A DNA stretch of 64,000 bases. Source: Candidatus Saccharimonadales bacterium. Lineage in GTDB: Bacteria > Patescibacteriota > Saccharimonadia > Saccharimonadales > 2-12-FULL-41-12. The notes beneath the pieces are model-generated. The model saw only the letters and a program-made list of their open reading frames with translations, searched no databases and was not told the DNA's origin. The position numbers and the translations under genes were made by a program. Numbering within the stretch: the stretch's first letter is position 1; each line of letters opens with the position of its first letter. Location of the stretch: positions 197,812 through 261,811 of the forward strand of contig JANWLD010000001.1 in assembly GCA_025451045.1 (NCBI GenBank), read 5' to 3'. Below, in pieces: positions 1 to 9,340 of this stretch.

Positions 1-2
1 AC

Positions 3-1328
3 TCATCTCGGGCCACAGCCTTCGCAAGAGCCTTCTTGCTTGCCGCAAGACTGGCTAATGATCTGCCGATTAACCCCAAAGAGTCACCAGTCATATTGAA
101 AGGCTACAAACCGAGTCTAGCACCAGAAATCGGATACCTGACACTCCGCGACTTGCCAAAACGGATAATGGGTCATGATGAGCTTGTGCCTGCCGATTTA
201 CAAAGCGTATTAGAGTTTAGCTATGAGGCTCCTCCTGAGCCCCCTAAGCCATCTCCCAGACCAAAGAAGCCGGCGACACAGAAACCGAAAGAATCACCAA
301 AATCGCCGCAAGCCCCTGATGAGACTCCTCCCGATAACAGCGAGCCGGAGTTCCATTCTGGAATCATCCTTCCGGACGGGTTCGTGACGGAAAAGCCGCC
401 TGCTGATCCGGCACTTCCGCCTGAGCTACCGGAGCCTGGAATTGTCTATCCGGATAATCCTCAAGAAACGCCCCCGGAGTGGAACTCGGCTAAACGCGTC
501 AAAGGCGCTATTGAACAAATGAGACCGCGGTATAAACTTGAAGATGTCGGTGGACTTGCACATATCAAGCAAGAAATTAAGGATATCGCCTTGGCGTTCA
601 ATAATCCAGAAGTCATGCAAAAATGGAATGCCGGCGGCGCACGGGGAATATTGTTATATGGTGAACCGGGTACGGGGAAAACGATGTTAGCCCATGCGCT
701 TGCGCACGAAACACGGTCCACATTTTGGGTGGTGGATAGCACTTCATTGTACGATGTGTGGCTCAGTTTTTCCGGTAAGAATATGAAGAAGATTTTTGAC
801 GAGATCAGGTCGTACGAAAACCGACTTGTAGTTTTTTTGGATGAAATGGACAGTATTCTCGGAACTGTAGAAGACCCTGGACCGGGTGGAGCTGACGCTG
901 AAAGAAATCAGGTTGCTGGTATATTCAAGCAAGAACTTAATACGCTCTTCGCGCAAAACCCCAACGTTTTAATCGTAGGTGCAACCAACAACCTTGAGCG
1001 TATTGATTCTGCCCTGACAAGAACTGGTCGTTTTGATTATAAGCTTTACGTTCCCCTGCCTGATGATGAGGGTCGCGGTCAGATAATATCTACGATCTTG
1101 GCTTCGAACATACAAGGCACCGTGGACGGTTCCACTTTATATAACCCAGATCTTGATGTGCCGGAAATCGTCAGGATGACCGAGGGCATGAACGGCGCGG
1201 ACATCAATGAGATTCTGGCCAGGGTGAGACGCAGTAAGGCGATGGGTGAAATACGCTCCGGGAAAATCAAGCCGGTATCGCAAAAGGATATAATCCAAGA
1301 GATAGATAAGTTTAGACAGATGGGCTAG
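3..1328 (+). CDS. AAA+ ATPase (CDC48/FtsH/PAN-like single AAA module) with Pro-rich linker; 5'-truncated by window edge
   Basis: Walker A GEPGTGKT, Walker B FLDE, SRH ATN..ID.AL.R.GRFD; frame is open from position 3. Confidence 0.85.
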   Translation, partial: SSRATAFARAFLLAARLANDLPINPKESPVILKGYKPSLAPEIGYLTLRDLPKRIMGHDELVPADLQSVLEFSYEAPPEPPKPSPRPKKPATQKPKESPKSPQAPDETPPDNSEPEFHSGIILPDGFVTEKPPADPALPPELPEPGIVYPDNPQETPPEWNSAKRVKGAIEQMRPRYKLEDVGGLAHIKQEIKDIALAFNNPEVMQKWNAGGARGILLYGEPGTGKTMLAHALAHETRSTFWVVDSTSLYDVWLSFSGKNMKKIFDEIRSYENRLVVFLDEMDSILGTVEDPGPGGADAERNQVAGIFKQELNTLFAQNPNVLIVGATNNLERIDSALTRTGRFDYKLYVPLPDDEGRGQIISTILASNIQGTVDGSTLYNPDLDVPEIVRMTEGMNGADINEILARVRRSKAMGEIRSGKIKPVSQKDIIQEIDKFRQMG

Positions 1329-1359
1329 CTATTGCGCCGACAGCTCTTACCTAGACTGC

Positions 1360-2790
1360 TTAACCCATGTGGACGGCTTCGGAAGAAGCGGGTTCGCCTT
1401 TAACATGCTTGATAGCAAAGAAAGCTATAACTGACGCGGCGAGGGCAAAACAGGAACCAACTAAGAAAGCTTCGTGCGAGCCGGCAACTTGGGCTTCAGC
1501 CGGACTGCCGCCGCTCATTAGAGATTTGGTAAACTGCGAAGAATAAACCCCGGATAAAATAGCCAAGCCCAAAGCCCCGCCGATTTGCTGGGAGGTGTTC
1601 AAGATACCCGATGCTAAGCCGGACTTATCGTGAGGCACGCCGGAAGTTGCTGCGATAGTGATACTAACAAACATACTTCCGAGCCCTATAGCCATCAGCA
1701 TCAGCCCGGGGAAAACATCAGTCCAATAATCACCGCTGACCTGGAGGTTGGAAAATACTAACAACCCGGCCGCCAAAAATAACGGGCCAATTACCATCGG
1801 CGGTTTGTAGCCGATTTTATGTACAAGATTAGATACAATTGCCGAGCCCGCACCGATAACAAAGGTTACCGGCAAAAAGGCAAAGCCGGTCTTGACCGGG
1901 GAAAAACCAAGGACAATTTGGACATATAACGTCAAAAAGAAAAACATGGCGAACATGCTGGCAGTAATCGGGAATTGCACCATATTTGCGCCGCGCAGGT
2001 TGCGGATTTTAAAGATGGAAAACGGCACCAAAGGTTGTTTAGACCTAAGTTCGTTGAAAACGAATGATATCAAAAGTACTGCGCTGATACCGAAAAACAA
2101 TAAGCTCTTATTGCTGGTCCAGCCATAGCTCGGCGCTTTGACTAACCCGTATACCAGCGACATAAGGCCGGTTGTTACCAAAACGGCTCCAGGCAAATCC
2201 AAGTGAACGTGTTTTAGGTTCGCTTTGCTTTCCGGCACAACGCGGCTAACCATGATCGCAACGGCAATACCAATCGGCACGTTGACAAAGAAATTCCATT
2301 CCCAGCCTAGATATTCAGTCAATATGCCGCCAAACAGCAGGCCAGCGGCGGCTCCACCGGCGGCCACTCCGCCCCAGACACCGAGTGCTTTGTTACGCTC
2401 TTTGCCTTCTTTAAAAGTATTCACAATGATTGATAGTGCGGCAGGGGACATAAAGGCAGCGCTAAGTCCCTGTACGGCTCGAAGTGCAATCAGCATGGTA
2501 TCTGACTGGCTAAGACCAGCAAGCAGGGATGCGATGGTAAAGGCGGTAACTCCGCCCAAGAAAATTCTTTTCCGGCCAAACAGGTCTGCGGCCCGGCCGC
2601 CAAAAAGTAAAAACCCGCCGAAAGCAAGGGTATAAGCGGTAACAACCCATTGCAGGTCGCTAGGACTAAAGTTAAGCGCCTTTTGGATGGACGGTAAAGC
2701 GACATTTACGATTGATATATCAAGCACCACCATGAACTGGGCCAGCGCCATCAAAAACAGTACTTGGCCTTTATGAATCTTTTTCGGCAT
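1360..2790 (-). CDS. MFS transporter, DHA2 (EmrB/QacA) family
   Basis: LDISIVNVALPSI, GGRAADLFGRKR motif A, WxWxFFVNVPIG, about 14 hydrophobic segments. Confidence 0.9.
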   Translation of the reverse strand: MPKKIHKGQVLFLMALAQFMVVLDISIVNVALPSIQKALNFSPSDLQWVVTAYTLAFGGFLLFGGRAADLFGRKRIFLGGVTAFTIASLLAGLSQSDTMLIALRAVQGLSAAFMSPAALSIIVNTFKEGKERNKALGVWGGVAAGGAAAGLLFGGILTEYLGWEWNFFVNVPIGIAVAIMVSRVVPESKANLKHVHLDLPGAVLVTTGLMSLVYGLVKAPSYGWTSNKSLLFFGISAVLLISFVFNELRSKQPLVPFSIFKIRNLRGANMVQFPITASMFAMFFFLTLYVQIVLGFSPVKTGFAFLPVTFVIGAGSAIVSNLVHKIGYKPPMVIGPLFLAAGLLVFSNLQVSGDYWTDVFPGLMLMAIGLGSMFVSITIAATSGVPHDKSGLASGILNTSQQIGGALGLAILSGVYSSQFTKSLMSGGSPAEAQVAGSHEAFLVGSCFALAASVIAFFAIKHVKGEPASSEAVHMG

Positions 2791-2848
2791 TTTCCCTCTC
2801 TTTTTTATAAGACTTTATATATAGTTTAGCGGAAAATACGGCTAAAAT

Positions 2849-4381
2849 CTACGCCGCTTTTTGTGCTTTACCGCGGTCAAGATAGGGCTGGTAATACTCA
2901 AGCTCCTCGCGGCATCTTTCCCTGGATTGAATAGCTTTAGTTAGCCGGGCATAGGCATACTGGCCGCCCAATGAAGCATAAACACGCCAGTTTTTGGCCA
3001 GTTCGGCTTCGGAATTTGCCTTAGTCAACTTTGAAGCCAAGGCTCTGTGCATAGCCTTCACTTGGTCCGGGCTCATGCTGAGGTTCAAACGCGCAGTATC
3101 TATGAGTATATGCAGTCTTTCTTGGGCAACCTGAAACAAAACTTCCAATTCTTTTGCTTTGAATGTTACCGGCGATTCCGGGTTGGTTGCGTCATAAATA
3201 GTCTTAAATAATCTGAGCTCTTCTTCTATATTAGGAATCAATTCACTGATTTTATCAATTTTTCCTTCCATGGTATGTCCGCGTGAACGTCCAACCTTTT
3301 CATCAACACCTTTTATATCCGTATTTCCCGCGTTATGGTCCCTGGTCTTGGCTCCGGCAAACGCGGTCATAGCGCTAGGGCTGTGGGCGACCATGCTGAA
3401 TTCGTCTGCCGGCAGTACGACGCCATTTTCCGTGAGGTTCAAATCTTTCAAAATACGGGGCTTGGTAGAGCTAAAAGGCTGCTCGCCCCACGCCCATGCC
3501 AATTGCTGGGTACGATTGGGATTATCTTTTCTAACGCGTGAATAGCGGGGGTCAAACCGGTGAATATACAGACCATCCCGTAACACGCTAGGCCGGATAT
3601 TGGTAAAATCTTCAGGACGGACGTGCAGTTCTACATCTACGCCTTCTTCCAGCTCGGCTTTTCCAAGTACTGAGCCTCTTTCGCCCATGAACTTGATGAA
3701 TGTCATCTCCTGCTCCGGATTTATATCTTCCGACGCACCGGTCAGGATTCCGCCTGTTTCGTCCAGTTGCATTGACAATAGGGTAGGCTCGTCAGTATCG
3801 GCCGGTCTTTCCGGAGTTTTTTGGCTCTCTGGGCTGGCTATTCTTTCCCGAAGTTCTTTTAATCGGCCTTCCAGCTCTTTTATGCGGCTATTTTGGGCAT
3901 CTTTGTTCGTGATACCATAATAAGGCCGGCTAAAATTGTCGTAATCACTCTGTAATATTGAATCAATTACTATTTTGGGCCGCAGTTTAGCAGTTGCTAT
4001 AGCGGAGTATCCCAAAGCCCCGGCGAATTTGTTTTTGGCGGCTCTGTCTAGTCTTATTCTAGCTTCTGCCGATTCGTCATATTTTTTGTCGGCCGCGCCT
4101 TTGCCGTGCGCTTTGTCATATTGTTCCACGAAAGGCGAACCATCGCTGAATCGATTACGGAAGTTTTCGCCTTTGTTAATCTTGTCGAAAAACTTCAGGG
4201 TCGCTACCTGGCCTTCATAATAGTCAATCAGGTTAACACTGGGGCCGTCTATGACGGTTTCATATGCGGGCTGTTCTCTTTGCTGTTCCTTGGGAAAAGC
4301 CAATATTCTCTCAGCCATCGTGTCAGGATTAGCCTCCAGCATAACCATTTGTCCCTGGATAGGGGTTTTAGAATTCGCCAT
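2849..4381 (-). CDS. hypothetical protein (510 aa, soluble, helical)
   Basis: long ORF; TATAAT 8 nt before ATG; no recognisable motif. Confidence 0.75.
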   Translation of the reverse strand: MANSKTPIQGQMVMLEANPDTMAERILAFPKEQQREQPAYETVIDGPSVNLIDYYEGQVATLKFFDKINKGENFRNRFSDGSPFVEQYDKAHGKGAADKKYDESAEARIRLDRAAKNKFAGALGYSAIATAKLRPKIVIDSILQSDYDNFSRPYYGITNKDAQNSRIKELEGRLKELRERIASPESQKTPERPADTDEPTLLSMQLDETGGILTGASEDINPEQEMTFIKFMGERGSVLGKAELEEGVDVELHVRPEDFTNIRPSVLRDGLYIHRFDPRYSRVRKDNPNRTQQLAWAWGEQPFSSTKPRILKDLNLTENGVVLPADEFSMVAHSPSAMTAFAGAKTRDHNAGNTDIKGVDEKVGRSRGHTMEGKIDKISELIPNIEEELRLFKTIYDATNPESPVTFKAKELEVLFQVAQERLHILIDTARLNLSMSPDQVKAMHRALASKLTKANSEAELAKNWRVYASLGGQYAYARLTKAIQSRERCREELEYYQPYLDRGKAQKAA

Positions 4382-4431
4382 TTAACAACATTATATCACA
4401 TCTGTCAAGGATTGTCAGGCAAAAGGCAAAT

Positions 4432-4463
4432 AAAAACTCCCGAGGTTTAATTCGGGAGTTTTT
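4432..4463 (-). terminator. intrinsic terminator after RRM gene (A/T tracts on both sides)
   Basis: AAAAACTCCCGA-8 nt-TCGGGAGTTTTT inverted repeat. Confidence 0.8.
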
Positions 4464-4478
4464 CTGAGCAGAGTTTTA

Positions 4479-4775
4479 CTACTGCCAGTTCTTGTTGCCG
4501 CCGCCATAGCCGCCGCGGTTTTCGCGCGGTTGCTGGGGACGAGCCTGGTTGACGGTGATGCTGCGGCCACCGACTTCCTTGCCGTTCATCTCGGCTTCGG
4601 CCTTTTTACCTTCGTCGTCGTTTTCAAACTCGACGAAGCCAAAGCCTTTGCTTCGGCCGGTGTCACGGTCGGTAATGACCTTGGCACTGGCTACTGTTCC
4701 GAACTCGGCAAAAAGCTGCTCGAGCTCTTCGGATGTGGTCGAAAATGGCAGACCACCTACAAACAATTTGTACAT
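4479..4775 (-). CDS. RNA-binding protein, RRM domain, Gly-rich tail
   Basis: RNP2 LFVGGL, RNP1 KGFGFVEF. Confidence 0.95.
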   Translation of the reverse strand: MYKLFVGGLPFSTTSEELEQLFAEFGTVASAKVITDRDTGRSKGFGFVEFENDDEGKKAEAEMNGKEVGGRSITVNQARPQQPRENRGGYGGGNKNWQ

Positions 4776-4952
4776 TCTTTTAGTTCCTTCTATTACTTAA
4801 AACAATCGACCGAAAATCTACTCTATCTTCTTCGATCTGCAGTATTTTCCTGATTGACCTTATAAAAGGAACCTTAAATGAAAAAACTTTTTTATCTGAT
4901 CTAGAACATTTTTGAGATCTTGCAAGAGATATTAAAGCACACAATCAAGCTA

Positions 4953-4981
4953 TTGACAAATCAATGCCGTTTATGTATAAT
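4953..4981 (+). promoter_or_regulatory. consensus sigma70 promoter
   Basis: TTGACA (4953-4958), 17-nt spacer, TATAAT (4976-4981). Confidence 0.8.
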
Positions 4982-5035
4982 GTTTTTTGTACTGACCTAA
5001 AACAAAAACACAATTTAAAAAAAGGAGCAGGCCAC

Positions 5036-5122
5036 ATGCCAAGCTATGAGTTTTCCGCTACGACGGACAAAAAAATTCTTAAACTCGACGGACTTATCAA
5101 GTCAATCTTAGAACAGACTTAA
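5036..5122 (+). CDS. candidate 28-aa small protein MPSYEFSATTDKKILKLDGLIKSILEQT
   Basis: AAGGAG SD 8 nt before ATG, consensus promoter upstream; below ORF-track size cutoff. Confidence 0.5.
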   Translation: MPSYEFSATTDKKILKLDGLIKSILEQT

Positions 5123-5565
5123 CGCTTTTTGCCAAGAGGCGCAGTGTTAGCGGCCACGCCAAAGGCAAGGGCGATGATGACTATATTCTTGATTATGTAT
5201 TGACCCTCCAGCGTTGGTACGGCAAAGGATTGCCAAGTGGCTTCCGGTACCAAAAACAGGGGCGAGCAGACTATTATCATATGGATAAAAAGTATCGGTA
5301 TGATGATTCTGACCGCCTTTGGAAAGAGAAATAAAATACCTATCGCGCATTCAATCAGCCCCAGCAGTTTATATAGAAAGTCAAAATGTTCAATGCCAAC
5401 GGTTTTTGCCATGAGTACTTCAGCCAGCGGCCCGGCCGGGCTGATGCCAGCGAGTTTCAAATAGCCAAACCAAAAGAAAACGATGAAAAATGCCATCCGC
5501 GCCAGCGGCAAATAAGTACGTTTAAAAAACCTTATTAAATCACTATCAAGCTTATGTATAGTCAT
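5119..5565 (-). CDS. DoxX/YkgB-like membrane protein
   Basis: R..F.IVFFWFG.LK, G.IE.AIG and T.EGQYIIKN motifs. Confidence 0.8.
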   Translation of the reverse strand: MTIHKLDSDLIRFFKRTYLPLARMAFFIVFFWFGYLKLAGISPAGPLAEVLMAKTVGIEHFDFLYKLLGLIECAIGILFLFPKAVRIIIPILFIHMIIVCSPLFLVPEATWQSFAVPTLEGQYIIKNIVIIALAFGVAANTAPLGKKR

Positions 5566-5591
5566 TCGAATTTTAGTATAACAAGCTGCGG

Positions 5592-5930
5592 TTAAACTTC
5601 TTCCGGTTCCGGTTTTGGTTCGAGCAAAGAATCTTGTTGTCTGGAGTGGAGTATTTTCTCAAGGCTTAGACCCAAGCCAACGCCAGCAACAAGTACTTCG
5701 ATTATCCCGGTGGATATAAGTATATCCCGTTTTATTGTGTCCATTTTCATAGTTCCGGGATCAGTAGCAACTCCGATGCATGAAGCCTCGTCAACAGGTT
5801 TCGGATTGATGCAAGCTCTTGCTGATTCCAGTCCACTTTCATAGTGCATAGCATGCTGTAAAGACAATTCGCCAGCCAGGGCACTAGTAAGGCTTATAGC
5901 GATGACAGCTGCCTGTTTTTTCAGATTCAT
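5592..5930 (-). CDS. hypothetical membrane protein
   Basis: N-terminal signal-like segment, Cys pair, C-terminal TM helix. Confidence 0.55.
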   Translation of the reverse strand: MNLKKQAAVIAISLTSALAGELSLQHAMHYESGLESARACINPKPVDEASCIGVATDPGTMKMDTIKRDILISTGIIEVLVAGVGLGLSLEKILHSRQQDSLLEPKPEPEEV

Positions 5931-6163
5931 TATTGTTCTGCTAACCTAACCATCTCTCGGCATCATAGGTCAGAGGACTGCTTTATACAAGGATAAGCAA
6001 GAACTGATTAGACTTATCTACAAAACAGATTAGGGATAACACCCCGACAGGAGTATACTAGTAAGTAACGAGTCAGTATCCATAACAATTTGGCAATGAG
6101 GAGGCCCGCCGCCAAAGCTGCTGTTTCTCAGCAACACAACCCTAAAAAGAAAGGAAGGCTACT

Positions 6164-6358
6164 ATGTCTTCACTAACAACAACTAAATTTCCAAGTACAG
6201 TTTACTTGACTAGCGATAGTGAGCCAGAGCCCAAAGACGAAAAGCCGGTAGAGAAGCCGGCTGAAGGGACAAAAGCTACCTGGAAACCCGGCGGCTATAC
6301 TCCTACTCGTGCCAGTCGGCACAGTGTAAGAGGCAGGATACAACGCTTCCTTGCCTAA
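6164..6358 (+). CDS. hypothetical small protein (64 aa)
   Basis: strong SD AAGGAAGG upstream, terminator directly downstream. Confidence 0.55.
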   Translation: MSSLTTTKFPSTVYLTSDSEPEPKDEKPVEKPAEGTKATWKPGGYTPTRASRHSVRGRIQRFLA

Positions 6359-6370
6359 AAACAGGCAAGG

Positions 6371-6399
6371 AAAAGACCCTGCTTAGGCGGGGTCTTTTT
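6371..6399. terminator. bidirectional intrinsic terminator between 64-aa ORF and tRNA-Met
   Basis: AAAAGACCCTGC-TTAG-GCGGGGTCTTTTT. Confidence 0.8.
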
Positions 6400-6411
6400 A
6401 GTTAATGGCTG

Positions 6412-6488
6412 TGGTAGCAGGGGCGAGACTTGAACTCGCGACCTCAGGCTTATGAGTCCTGCGCTCTAACCAGCTGAGCTACCCTGCC
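6412..6488 (-). tRNA. tRNA-Met (CAT), probably elongator
   Basis: GGCAGGG acceptor, D-arm TAGCTCAG, anticodon loop CT-CAT-AA, GTTCAAGT T-loop, encoded CCA; C3-G70 and C27-G43 favour Met over Ile2. Confidence 0.93.
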
Positions 6489-6714
6489 GCGTCAAAGCTC
6501 GGCAATGGCCTGCAAAGACGCGCATAAAACAAGTTTCTGCTTATCTTTGACTGGCCTAAGCCGGCTTTTCCTTTCGATTTTGCAAACAGTTCCTTTGCTT
6601 GCAAAATCGTATGTAGAAATTATACGACAGGTTTCCTCATTACCAACTATATTATCCCAAAGCGTAAGTCTAAGCCGAAACGATTTGTAACAGGGGTAAA
6701 TATAGCATATTTTA

Positions 6715-7140
6715 TTACTTACCGACAAATAGTTCGGGTTTGGCTTTTTGGAGTTGCGTCAGGGCTAGGAATAGAGGCTTCGGCAGATTTTTAAAGTCGT
6801 ACCAGTCGATATCAATGAACTTATCCGGTTCCATGACTTTTGGTTCGCCGGAAGCCCAGTCGCTGAACATAAAGATAGTAATGCTGTGTTTCTTTTCATC
6901 ATGAAAAACATTGTTAACAGCTGTATAGAATCTAATGTTCTTGATTTTAACCCCGGTTTCTTCCATGACTTCGCGGGCTGCAGCCTCTTCAAAAGTTTCG
7001 CCGTATTCCAAATGCCCGCCCGGCACACACCAAGTACCGTAACCGTGCTTACCTACACGCCTGCCAAGTAAGAACTCACCGTCTTTAAATACGAAAACTC
7101 CGACGCCAACCGATGGCCGGTTCATTTTTTTGAAATCCAC
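6715..7140 (-). CDS. NUDIX hydrolase (MutT/NUDT15-like)
   Basis: Nudix box GGHLEYGETFEEAAAREVMEETG. Confidence 0.9.
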   Translation of the reverse strand: MDFKKMNRPSVGVGVFVFKDGEFLLGRRVGKHGYGTWCVPGGHLEYGETFEEAAAREVMEETGVKIKNIRFYTAVNNVFHDEKKHSITIFMFSDWASGEPKVMEPDKFIDIDWYDFKNLPKPLFLALTQLQKAKPELFVGK

Positions 7141-7373
7141 CAGTCCTTTACATAAGAAATAGTAAGCGTTGACAGCCCAAAGCCGGCGGCAGGGATAAGG
7201 GCGTTGATAAACGGCCTGTCAATTTCAGCCGCTTTCATGAAGACAACCATCACAAGGTAAGTCAGGGTAACTATCAAAATTCTTCTGGCAAAGCTGGTTT
7301 CCCAGGCTTTATCCAACTCAACTTTTTTGTTGCGGGCTTCTATTGCCTCGATGCGCTTTTCTAAATTGCTCAT
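7122..7373 (-). CDS. hypothetical small membrane protein
   Basis: N-terminal coiled coil, DKAWETS motif, two TM helices; in operon with pta. Confidence 0.75.
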   Translation of the reverse strand: MSNLEKRIEAIEARNKKVELDKAWETSFARRILIVTLTYLVMVVFMKAAEIDRPFINALIPAAGFGLSTLTISYVKDWWISKK

Positions 7374-7383
7374 AGACTTAATT

Positions 7384-8283
7384 CTAAGCTGAGGCGGCAG
7401 GTTCGGACTTTTGTTTTGCCTGATGACGGGCGTTATATAATTGCACCGCGTAGTAAATGCTTCGCATTAAACCTTCTTTTTTTACGCCTCGGGATAAGTC
7501 ATGCCAATCTTTGGCAATGCCGTTTAGCATTGGGCCGACGGCTACATGCCCAGCCAGTTGTTCAACCAACTTGTAACCGATATTACCGCTGGCACCGTCC
7601 GGAAAGATGAATACGTTCGGCATCTTTCCATTGGAGAGTTCAATACCTGCTTGCTTAGCTTTTTTTATGAACACATCATGGTCTAGAGCTGCGTCCACCT
7701 GGATTTCTCCGTAGGCGGGTATGTCCGGATTTCTTTCTTTAAATCTTTGATAAGCTTCTCTGGTTTGTTGTACTCCCATTAATTTGCCCGCGTCCGCGCT
7801 TCCGAATGTCGAAAGTGACAGAAAAGCCAAAACCGGCTCATAGCCCAATTGCTTAACACTTTCCGCGGTTTCTTCAGCTATGTGTACTAATTCATGCGGC
7901 CTCGGCGCTTCATTAACAGCGCAGTCAGCAAAAAACAAAGGCTCTTCGCCGTCTCTCTCCATGACAAAAAATGAATGCACGAACCTTTTATGGTCTTCAG
8001 GATTTTCTGATTGCCTGTTGACATGGTGGATAGCGGTTCGTATTACATCAGGACTTCCGTGTGATGCCCCGGCGATTACGATGTCTACGCCGCCTTCTTC
8101 CCCGCCTTTATTTAATTCATCGGCCGCCGCTTCCAGACTCATCGGTTTGCCTTCATCGCCAAATTGTATTTTTGCACCAAGTTCCTCTTCAAACTTATGT
8201 AACTGAGGATCTTGCTGAACCTGAGCGACGGTAGGGTCGTCGGCTTCGGGCAATAAAACTGTTGGCATATAGTCTTCGCTCAT
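7384..8283 (-). CDS. pta: phosphate acetyltransferase
   Basis: FADCAVN, LS.ST.GS, GEIQVDAAL, NVFIFPD..SGNIGYKL, DLSRG motifs. Confidence 0.85.
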   Translation of the reverse strand: MSEDYMPTVLLPEADDPTVAQVQQDPQLHKFEEELGAKIQFGDEGKPMSLEAAADELNKGGEEGGVDIVIAGASHGSPDVIRTAIHHVNRQSENPEDHKRFVHSFFVMERDGEEPLFFADCAVNEAPRPHELVHIAEETAESVKQLGYEPVLAFLSLSTFGSADAGKLMGVQQTREAYQRFKERNPDIPAYGEIQVDAALDHDVFIKKAKQAGIELSNGKMPNVFIFPDGASGNIGYKLVEQLAGHVAVGPMLNGIAKDWHDLSRGVKKEGLMRSIYYAVQLYNARHQAKQKSEPAASA

Positions 8284-8438
8284 TTTTAAAATTCCTTGCT
8301 TATAAATCTAATTATCCTCTTTTTAATTAATAACCTCAACATTAATGAGGCCAGAAAAAATTCTAACACTCCTAAGCGTAAGCTAGCGGCTTTTGCCATT
8401 AGCCAGTAAAAAATCAGAAAAAATATATAATTTATGAT

Positions 8439-9317
8439 ATGAAACTGGAATTAAAGCCGGGGAAATATGTGGTAGCGGTCAGCGGCGGGGTGGATTCTGT
8501 CGTATTGCTGGATTTGCTCTATGAACAGTTGAAAAATCCTGAAAAAAACTTGGCAGTTGCCCATTTTGACCATGGCATCAGGGAAAATTCAGACCGTGAC
8601 CGAAAATTCGTGGAAAAATTAGCCCAAAGCTACAAATTGCAATTTTTTTATGAAGAAGGCGGTCTTGGACCGCAAGCCAGTGAGGCTCTAGCGCGGCAAA
8701 AACGTTATGAATTTTTAAAAAAAGTAAAAGAACAAACAAATTCGTCTTCCATAGTTACTGCCCACCATCAGGATGACGTGCTGGAAACGATAATCATCAA
8801 CCTGCTTCGCGGCACTGGCCGGAAGGGATTATCTTCGCTCGCCAGCCATGACGGCTTGGCAAGGCCGCTGTTGAATTTCCCAAAATCGGAAATTTTAGAC
8901 TATGCGAAAAGTAGAGGCTTGCGCTGGCAGGAAGACGAAAGCAACTTGGACCAAAAATACTTGAGGAACTACATACGACATAATTTGGTAAACAAATTAA
9001 GCCGCGCCCAAAAGAAAAAGCTGTTGGAAATTTCCCGCACCGCACGAGGCAAGAACCGGCAAATCGATGAGTCGCTACAAAATCTGTTTTTTCAAAATGA
9101 CGGAATCCCGCGCAAGCTGTTCGTTAGTCTTTCCCATGATATTTCATCGGAAATTATTGCGCAGTGGCTAAGGCGGGAAAATGCACGGCTGGATAAAAAA
9201 ACGATAGATAGATTAGTCATTCAGCTCAAAACAGCCCGGCAAGGAAAGATAATCGAAGCCAACCAAGCAAAATACTTTGTAATTAACCAAGGCATTATTC
9301 GCCTCAAGACCTCTTAA
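8439..9317 (+). CDS. tilS: tRNA(Ile)-lysidine synthetase
   Basis: PP-loop AVSGGVDS, TAHH.DD..ET, RPLL, D.SN....Y.RN.IR; upstream of ftsH. Confidence 0.95.
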   Translation: MKLELKPGKYVVAVSGGVDSVVLLDLLYEQLKNPEKNLAVAHFDHGIRENSDRDRKFVEKLAQSYKLQFFYEEGGLGPQASEALARQKRYEFLKKVKEQTNSSSIVTAHHQDDVLETIIINLLRGTGRKGLSSLASHDGLARPLLNFPKSEILDYAKSRGLRWQEDESNLDQKYLRNYIRHNLVNKLSRAQKKKLLEISRTARGKNRQIDESLQNLFFQNDGIPRKLFVSLSHDISSEIIAQWLRRENARLDKKTIDRLVIQLKTARQGKIIEANQAKYFVINQGIIRLKTS

Positions 9318-9340
9318 AGATGTATAATAAATTTCTGTAA

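Noticed and set aside
6412..6488. tRNA-Ile2 (CAU) because tilS is nearby
   Set aside because: Acceptor stem and C27-G43 look like elongator Met; not fully excluded.
6492..6728. 78-aa minus-strand ORF
   Set aside because: No protein motif; region better explained as tRNA promoter plus structured leader.
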